A stretch of 64,000 nucleotides of DNA from Octopus vulgaris. Taxonomy: Eukaryota. The DNA lies in contig OX597823.1 of the NCBI GenBank assembly GCA_951406725.2, positions 31,000,001 through 31,064,000 on the forward strand. Direction: 5' to 3'. This document shows, piece after piece, positions 55,000-64,000 of the stretch; the stretch's first letter is position 1; every line of letters begins with the position of its first letter. Both the position numbers and the translations under genes were made by a program. The notes beneath the pieces were generated by a model. It ran no database searches. It saw only the letters and a program-made list of their open reading frames with translations, and was not told the origin of the DNA.

Positions 55000-56090
55000 A
55001 TCTGCTTGGTAGCAAGATTGTGAAGAGAAGATCCTTGTTTTGTTCATCAACCTTTGAATCTTAAGAAGGTCTTGCAGATTTTTATTGTCTCAGATATCGT
55101 GATTAACCGTAGAGTATAAATTTAGGATTTGCATTCTCTCCCTAAGATCCTATGGTCTGCCGAATTTTGCTCCAAGCGGTTTGGTATGTTATCTGCTGCT
55201 GCAATAATAACTATGTATGACACTAAAACTGTATCTTGTGTGCTGGATTTGCGAACTCCTTATCAATGGTCCATAGATGTCCACTTTCTGTTGTATCTTT
55301 CTAATCACATTAGTGTCCAGAGAGCAGCTGATTTCTGCAACAGAATGTATCTTTTCCTTGTGATTCCACTCAACAATTGAGTTATGTTTAAACTTGGTGG
55401 CTGTTTTAATTTTTAAGTTCCATCAATATTCTTTTGACTCATCAGTCTCAATACGATCAACTTTGTCTGTAGGTGTTTTCTTTTCTGTTATCCTGTTCCA
55501 GACTGTTCTGTCTATCACATCACGCCTCACAGGAAAATAATCTCTGAAAGACATTCTCTTACAGTTGGTAATAATGTGGCTGATGTCTTCAATCTTGGTC
55601 CTGCACAACCTACATTTGTTGTCTGTCAATGTTTTCTGCTTTTTATGCTTTAGGTACTTGGTGGAGATCTCTTGTTCTTGGATTGCATGGAGGTAGCCTT
55701 CAGTATGGAATGTCAGAAACTTGTTGGTGTTCCATGCCAAGCTTTTCATATAATCAGTCCCTCCCACGGTTTGTGTTTTATGTGCCAAGTACCCAGTACT
55801 ATCTTCTCAGTAAACTCATCCATCTTTTTTTTTATTCTGTTCTGATAAACAGATTTTACCAATGCTCCTAGGGGAATGATTTGTATTAGTTCTTATTTCA
55901 TACCTCTCCTCAAGTTCATTAGCTATCTTAATTATGTTGTTGATTTCATGGTCACAAACTGGGGCAAGATGGTTACTGGTCTCTTTACTCTGCTGCAGAT
56001 ATTGTTTCAGTATCACAATACGTGTTTCATATGACATCAATACAGATTTGAGACATTGACCACCATCTATCTCATTGAGTAAGAGTTTGG
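55000..56090 (-). pseudogene. R4/Dong-like non-LTR retrotransposon 3' fragment
   Basis: HTEGYLHAIQEQEISTKYL...CRLCRTKIEDISHIITNC (CCHC knuckle)...RRD; frameshifted. Confidence 0.8.
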
Positions 56091-56538
56091 CCTTCTGAAC
56101 TGGTCACTGAAAGAGCAGTGACCAGTAGGCGTGAGGAGACGTGAGGAGAGACACTGCAAAGATATTGTGGCCAATATGCATGCAAGCTTTAATATATAAA
56201 TGTAAATTTGTATGTGTTGTTTGCCGACTTGTTATTGTGTATGACGATATCTTCGCTAAAACTGCAGAGGTTGCATATCACTGCCATGAACTGCAGTGTT
56301 AACGAAAACATCTCATTTATTATGTCAAAAGACACACTCCGCATCTAACACACTGACAATATTTTAACGGATTACAAAGCAGCGAGTGGCTGAGCAGAGA
56401 CAACTCTCACCAACGAGAGAACTATGGAAATTGTTTCATTGTTACAAACGTGCGTAATACCGCGGCCACCATAACAAACGGTCCACCAACTGTTTGTAGT
56501 TCCAGAAAACCCGTGTGTTGAGTTATACAGGAGACAAG

Positions 56539-56917
56539 GAGGCGCAATGGCCCAGTGCTTAGGGCAGCGGACTCGCGGTCATAGGATCGCGGTTTCGATT
56601 CCCAGACCGGGCGTTGTGAGTGTTTATTGAGCGAAAACACCTAAAGCTCCACGACGCTCCGGCAGGTATGGTGGTGATCCCTGCTGTACTCTTTCACCAC
56701 AACTTTCTCTCACTCTTACTTCCTGTTTCTGATGTACCTGTATTTCAAAGGGCCGGCCTTGTCACTCTCTGTGTCACGCTGAATATCCCCGAGAACTACG
56801 TTAAGGGTACACGTGTCTGTGGAGTGCTCAGCCACTTACACGTTAATTTCACGAGCAGGCTGTTCCGTTGAACGGATCAACCGGAACCCTCATCGTCGTT
56901 ACCGACGGAGTGCTTCC
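56539..56917 (+). mobile_element. full-length tRNA-derived SINE, family C, with 12 bp TSD
   Basis: A box TGGCCCAGTGCT, B box GGTTTCGATTCC; TSD ACAGGAGACAAG at 56527-56538 and 56918-56929. Relatives at 28320-28610 and 8110-8240. Confidence 0.92.
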
Positions 56918-57988
56918 ACAGGAGACAAGAAGATGTTTCCATAGGAGACAAGATCTAAAAATACCTACACATCAAATTTTGTTTTAGAAACGCTAGTGCA
57001 ATACAATTGCTGCTTTAAAAATGGGTGAATTCTTTAAATTAGCAGCAAACGATAAACAAAAAATAGAGATGACTTTTTTGGGGGGTGGGGGTCACGTGTT
57101 TAGACGTCGACTGTTGGACCATACACGGATTGTGCTGAATTTCATGGTTATCAGTAGCAGGCTTTAGGTTATCAAATGTTCAGGTCTGACATATATATAC
57201 TTATATAATCACACACACACACACAAATATATTTCTGTATATAAATAGTTATGTAAAAGTCGTAAAACATATTACAAATATATTTTAAATAGTGCAAACA
57301 TAATCTGATATAAAACCCAATACACTTTGGGTAGAGCGGATAAAAATGTTTATACATTAAAAATTAACATTCTACTCCGAGTTTCGACTCGGACTTGGTT
57401 GTCCGCGGCAGAAACTTTGAGTAGTCTCTCCACGTTTAATATAATAGACACACATCTTCAAGTCCTGAGTTCAAAATTCTACCGGTGTCGACTTCGCCTT
57501 TCATCCTTTCGGGGTTGACAAATTAAGTACCAGTCGAATACCAGATGTAATCGACATATCCTGAAATTGCTGACCTTATGCTAAAATTTGAAACAGTATA
57601 ATATAGACACATAATTCATACATACACACACACTCCCACACATAAACATATACGTGTGTGAACAAACGAAAGAAAGTAGCACTCCACGCAGCTCGTTCGA
57701 GTTACATATATTTTCTATTCTTGAGTCGGTTCCGCATGTTTCTAGGGCACGTAGAACATGGCATGGCCATCGAATGTATTCTTACTTCTTTTATTCTTTT
57801 ACCTGTTTCGGGCATTTGGCAGCTGCCATGCTGGAGCATCGCCTTTAGTCGAACAAATCGACCCCAGCATTTATTCTAAATATAAGTTCTACTCACGTGT
57901 CAAGTTTAATCAAAATCGATAAAACGATGAAGGAGGAGTTAGATAACAACGTCACAAACAAACACACCAACAGATTTCCACATATGTA

Positions 57989-58056
<68 letters not shown>

Positions 58057-58130
58057 GAAGGTTGAAAAAATCATTTTAGCATTTTCTACGTTGTCTTGTT
58101 TTCCTTATATATATATGTATATATATAACA

Positions 58131-58174
58131 AAGTGGAGTTGTAAGGTATATATATATACCTTACAACTCCACTT

Positions 58175-58175
<1 letters not shown>
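58131..58175. repeat. perfect short palindrome with (TA)n centre
   Basis: AAAGTGGAGTTGTAAGG-(TA)n-CCTTACAACTCCACTTT. Confidence 0.9.
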
Positions 58176-58231
<56 letters not shown>

Positions 58232-58638
58232 TGATGGGCTTCTTTGAGTTTCCGTCTACCAAATCCACTCACAAGGCTTTGGTCGGCCCGCGGTTATAGG
58301 AGAAAACACGTGTGCAAGGTGTCACGCAGTGAGACTGAACTCGGAACCGTGTGGTTGGGAAGCAAACTTTTTACCACACAGCCACGCCTGTTTTATAATT
58401 CCGCTTGGGTATAGCGCTACTAATAGCAAGTTGATAGAACAATATACATATACTTTACAGTAAACCATCAAGTCAGTACAAAGTATGATGTTAATTAATG
58501 AATGACAAAAGTACAGGAGTTACGTAATTACGGTTCTTTATACCAGCTGTTTCTGCTCTAAGTAGGCGGATACCAAATGCTGAGTGTTCTCGCGAAATCT
58601 GATAGCTTCCTGTGTATGTATGTTTGTATTTATCTATG

Positions 58639-58672
<34 letters not shown>

Positions 58673-58688
58673 TAGATAGATATAGATA

Positions 58689-58752
<64 letters not shown>

Positions 58753-58853
58753 TTATCTTACACATATACATATATACACAAATACATATATATATACACA
58801 TACATAAATATTCCTGCGTGTGTGTGCGCGTGCATATGTGTATGTATGTGCAT

Positions 58854-58889
<36 letters not shown>

Positions 58890-60304
58890 CCTTGCATAGA
58901 TGCACATACATTCATACATACATTTATACACATGCATTACTACACATACATGTACATCTAAAACGGTGAAAAATAGAGAGAACTTGTAAGGAAGGAGTGA
59001 AAAGACTATCATCTGTGTCTGTGAAATTTCACCCACATAATTTCGTTATAATTTCAACTCGTCATTGGTGTCTTCTTTGGAAGAAGCTAAAAGGGTTGAA
59101 AATAACTCTTAAGCCTGAAGAGTGAAAGTTTCATACACATGAATTTGTCAAATTCTTAACCGTGTGTCGAACCAACTTTTATTAGAACCCTCGCTCTCTC
59201 TCTCTCTCCTGCTAACTGAAGAAATACTGTTCTCTTCTACTGGGTGTCTTGCTCTTTGCTATGTCAACCAGCAAGACTAAGACCTCATGTATCTAAAGAC
59301 GTCCACCCCTCAGGCGTTCAAGCATGCAGACCATAGCTAGAGGGGAGGGGACAAAGGGGTGGTCCACTCCGGGCAACGCTTTTATGAAGGAGGCACATTT
59401 GGGTCAGCTGTTTAAGCCTGTACGGGTCTGTATTGGGGTGGTTGGGCGCGGCAGACTCAAGTACAGCTCCGGGCGGCACACACTGTGGCTACCCCACTGT
59501 AAATACGTGATCTGGAAAACCAGCCCAACACGGTTAACTGCTGTTCCTTTCATAACATGATGAACCTCCACTGTATCTCCATCGGCATTTGTCACATGAA
59601 GAATTTTTCCTTAAGCAAGTTTTTCAACATCTACTTCCTAATTGTATTCCTTCTTATCGATTATAAACACCGCATCATTTAAAAATCTTCTAGACTAGAG
59701 CATATGAGTGTGTGTGTGTGTGCGTGCGTGTGTGTGTGATTGCATGAAAGCACGCGGCTAAATGGTTAGAGTTATGAAGCTCACTATCATGGGTTCGATT
59801 CTTGCACCGGAAGCCACATTGTCTCTTTGAACAAAACATTTCCTTTCACATTGGTCAATCTACACAGTCTGCTTTAGTATCAACCAGCTTTCAGTCCTTG
59901 AAGATTTGCAAACTAAATGTTCCGCTCGATCAAAAATGGAAGAACTGACAGTGGTTATTTATTAAACTGGGACTTGAAACACTCACAGGGTTCCGAGGGC
60001 AAGCGGCGACCCACAAAAATAAAGATGTGGGAGTATTTGTAATATCGAAGTGAAAGCAATGTGTCTTTACTTCCTATAATAGAAAACCATGTTTCATTAG
60101 AAAACGAAAATATAACAAATCAAATATTAAACTTATTTCACGTGGATTGTTAATATTTATTGGTCTTTTTCAGATTAGTTAAATGTAAGGAATATGTTTG
60201 ATGTAAACAATATTTTCTGACATACGCACAGACTTACATATATACACACACGCATATGTGCATATATAACAGTGTGCGCGTGTATGTTTGGATGTATGTA
60301 CGTT

Positions 60305-60339
<35 letters not shown>

Positions 60340-60409
60340 ATACACATATATATTTATATATACGTATATATATATATACATATATATAAATACATATATA
60401 CATACGTAT

Positions 60410-60446
<37 letters not shown>

Positions 60447-60538
60447 CGTATATATATATATACATACATATATATACGTATATATATACATATATATATA
60501 TATTCATACATATATACACTCACACACACACACATATA

Positions 60539-60608
<70 letters not shown>

Positions 60609-60717
60609 TAGACGTGCGCGCGCACACACAAAACAAGTTATTGATATTTCGAAACATTCGAAATATCAATGATTTGTTTTCTGCTTATTTTGACTATGTA
60701 CATGCACACACACGCGT

Positions 60718-60775
<58 letters not shown>

Positions 60776-61041
60776 ACACACACACACGCACAGGCACACA
60801 TACTTGTGGTGCAGACAGATAAATAAAGAGACAGATAGGCAGATAGATAGATATAGATATACACACATACATACACATATACACACAATCATACATACAC
60901 ATATACATACGTACACACTTGCATAATAAACACATATATATATAAATATAAATATATACATGTCTGTATATACAAATATTAACAGAATGAGATAAAAAAA
61001 TCCAAGGCTGTGAAAGATTTCAGAACATTTATAAAGAGAAG

Positions 61042-61089
61042 GTCTTACAGCTGTTTCCGGGATATCGTATATATCCCTTCATCAGAGAC
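61042..61089 (-). ncRNA. minimal type I hammerhead ribozyme, canonical core
   Basis: GTCT-CTGATGA-A-GGGATAT-ATACG-ATATCCC-G-GAA-ACAGCTGT-A-AGAC. Confidence 0.85.
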
Positions 61090-61877
61090 GGTCTGAGAAA
61101 AAGGTTAAGCAGTAGTTAGTATAGAGAAGATATGAAATACAGAGTAAAGTGGAGGAATGAAAACAGACGTGAGACACGTAAGGATATTGTATCTGCAGTT
61201 ACATTATTTAAACAGAATGGTATACACATAAGTTTCTTGTACCTTGTGTGTGAGTTACAATGGTATTTATAATTGGTCATTCCAAGCATAGAGTTTATGT
61301 ATATATGTGTTTGTGTTCATGTTTTTATTTACAGTCTAAAAACCGCAGTAGTTTGCGTTGGACTCTTTTTGTATCACGTCTCCTGGCGCCTTCACGTTTC
61401 TATATACGTTCATTATTGCCAAGATAGAACGACACAAGATGTAATATTTTATTTCAGAGAAAATTCTTAAAGATTCATATACATAAGGCTTTGCTCAGAA
61501 CGCCGTTAGATCGGCAGACACGATGTTTCAATTTTATTTAATCTCTTTAGAGACTTAATACTCTGGGTGTTCTATGCCAAGCCGAAAACATTTGTTCCAA
61601 TTTAGAAATCGTAAGCAAAGCATTTACAGATTTGTGTCACACAAATCCCGTAGAGAAGTTTCTCTCTGACGAAATATAGTTATTGCCATTCCATATTTGT
61701 ATATACAATATATATGTTATACACACCGTTTATTATTTTTTTATCTAAGACTGTTTCTAATGCATATATTAATTTAATTCTAGTCTGTTTAGCTTTCGCA
61801 AAATATCAGTTATAAATTTTTTGATTTCCATATCGGAACCAGCGTTTTCAGCTTAGCTCAGAAGGACCGATGTATTT

Positions 61878-61919
61878 GTCACTGAGGAGATCAAATAAAA
61901 TCGAAACACTGTGTTTGAC
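61878..61919 (+). ncRNA. minimal type I hammerhead ribozyme, canonical core
   Basis: GTCA-CTGAGGA-GAT-CAAATAAA-ATC-GAA-ACACTGTGT-T-TGAC. Confidence 0.82.
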
Positions 61920-62555
61920 GAGCCATCAATGTTCTGAGTAAAATCATTTTAACACAAAAGCCTCTTCGAGAAGTTTCACTGAAACAAAATACAACAGCTC
62001 AGTTCTGTTCTCACGTTTAAATACATTTCATAAATATTTTACGTATCGGTATCCTGTCTTAGAAGAGAATATTTCTTTATTAACTCCATTTAGAGTAACG
62101 GAAAAGAAAAGAAGGAAGAAGTTGAAAGAAAGTTGAGTGTTGAAAGAAAAGAAGTCTAAGAGTTTATTTAGGGGAGAAAGACTTTTTTGTTAGGAAGTAG
62201 AGCGAGAAGGGTTATTTACAGAATTGCAAATGGAGGACAGACCTCCTCCCCTCGAATAATTTAAAATGAAGTAAATTAAGTTTTGGAAATGAAAAACGAG
62301 TTAAGGAAAAAGATAGCTGTCTTTGATTAAAGGAAGAAGTGTCGAAGATAGAAGCCGGAGAATCGATTTTAGCAGCACAGAGACAGACTAAGAGTAAATT
62401 GGATCAAGGGAATGATAAGACTGTTCTACTCATTGGAGAATATTTGGCGAAGCATATGAGACTATAACTGATATGATGATGCTCATAGTTAACTTGAAAT
62501 AATTACAAAACGTATAGACATGATGAAGTTGATGCAATAATTCACTATAGGTTTT

Positions 62556-62609
<54 letters not shown>

Positions 62610-62619
62610 TCTCTCTCTC

Positions 62620-62800
62620 TCTGTTTTTTTCTTATCGGTCCAGTTTGCATGCACTGAAAAGAACTATGACCTTTTGATGATGGTGTGATCTTGTTATGAG
62701 ATTTTCCTATCAAGGAGTATAGAGAACAACGGGCCGGATATTGTGGCCGATGATAACAAGGAAATGTTTTCTGTAATTCAAGTGGTGCACCTATTTTGTA
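62620..62800 (-). pseudogene. possible decayed Penelope RT N-terminal fragment
   Basis: PARCSLYSLIGKSHNK loosely resembles the PLE motif P...LY.LPKIHK. Confidence 0.3.
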
Positions 62801-63728
62801 GTAGTGTCGATTAAGGGATAAAAAGATAAAGTGGAACATTATAGATATTTGAAGAATGCAGTATTCAAATACTGGACAAAGAATTTAACACCGTCACGTT
62901 CCTGTCCGTTTATCATTTGGGATTTGGGATTTTGAGAATAAACACTGGAAGGCTAGATCTTAATCTGTGATTGAGTGCAGTACAGGAAACCTGTTTGGAA
63001 CAGCAAGAATTATCCTCGATACATAGTTAGGACATGTATGGATACCATGGAAGGACATTAATGGGAAAAAAGACGGGAGTGCATCTTATCCTAGATAAAG
63101 CGTTGTTTTTCGATTGGATGGGCAAATATGAACAGCATAAAAAAATAATTAATTAAATATATAAATCTATTTTGAATTATTGCAGCAACTTGTTAAAGGT
63201 GGGCGGTCGTTCAATTCTCACGACTGGCTCGACCGATAGTCGGATCTGTCCTACACACGACTATACCTGTTCAGCAGAGCTCATGCATTGCTTGGGCATT
63301 GCATGATCGAGTACGTTGCAGTGTCACCACTCTGTGTGCATTTCGGACAGTCCTGGCTGGCGGTATATTCATATCTGTGCAGCTCGTCTCAAGCCAATAA
63401 TGTCCATCAAGAACATCACAAGGCCAAGGATTACTGGAAATAATTCATAGTAGTCCCTAGCCTAAAAGTACCCCACGACAGACCTGCCAGTTTGGTTCTC
63501 ATCAACTACTAGAGTTTCCTTGACGACACCATCATCCTTACCCATCACTAGTTGTCCTAAATACTATATTTGATGGCATATAAGATGCACTCCCTACCTA
63601 ATATCTCAAATAATCACACTGGATTCTATATGGAAAGTCGGGCCTGCATTACATGCTTTAATGCACTAAATACTATTCCCCACCCCCGCCTGAATATGCT
63701 CTGCTGAAATTGGGGTGCGTCTAATATT

Positions 63729-63941
63729 GGTTTCAAATTTTGCCACAAAGCCAGTAACTTCGGGAGAGGATTAACTCCATTGCATCGACCCCAGTGTTCA
63801 ACGGGTACCTATTTCATCCCTCCCGAAAAGATGAAAGGCAGATTTCATCTCGACGGATTTGAACCCAGAACGTAAAAACAGACGAAATGCCGTTAAGCAT
63901 TTTCCCTAGCACGCTAACGATTCTGCCAGCTCGCCACCTTA
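63729..63941 (-). mobile_element. SINE family B with 15 bp TSD, inserted in a TcMar-like MITE related to ~540-608
   Basis: GGTGCGTCTAATATT (63714-63728) and GGTGCGTCTTATATT (63942-63956). Confidence 0.8.
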
Positions 63942-64000
63942 GGTGCGTCTTATATTACCTGTTCGTCTTTGCTAAAGTGGAACTTTCAATAACTCCATTT

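Noticed and set aside
56539-56615. tRNA-like sequence
   Set aside because: It is the head of a SINE with a body and TSD, not a tRNA gene.
59300-59600. GC-richer segment with short ORFs
   Set aside because: No recognisable motif; an in-frame stop lies just upstream of the minus-strand ORF; probably a decayed TE.

Overview
AT-rich, microsatellite-saturated eukaryotic intergenic or intronic DNA with (TA)n, (CA)n, (TATG)n, (TATC)n, (GA)n and triplet arrays. The repeat landscape resembles an Octopus/cephalopod genome (inference). I see no confident host gene, and nearly all listed ORFs are translated microsatellites. The real content is mobile DNA: (1) a young Penelope-like element (RT + GIY-YIG, 39177-40721) flanked by ~1.05 kb near-identical inverted arms, one interrupted by a clean non-autonomous Helitron; (2) a Helitron PIF1 helicase relic with a nested LINE 3' end; (3) a full-length degenerate mariner, other mariner/pogo fragments and MITEs; (4) two R4/Dong-like and one CR1-group LINE fragments; (5) many SINEs. 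The most striking unannotated signal is a dense set of minimal type I hammerhead ribozyme (HHR) motifs with palindromic stem III, from several sequence families. Many sit on both arms of non-coding fold-back (palindromic) elements beside (TA)n, at 17.3-17.7, 37.5-38.5, 44.7-45.3 and 45.4-45.6 kb. Two of these families carry the compensatory U3:A8 core (UUGANAA). These look like non-autonomous, hairpin-shaped Penelope derivatives. All alignments and folds were done by eye.
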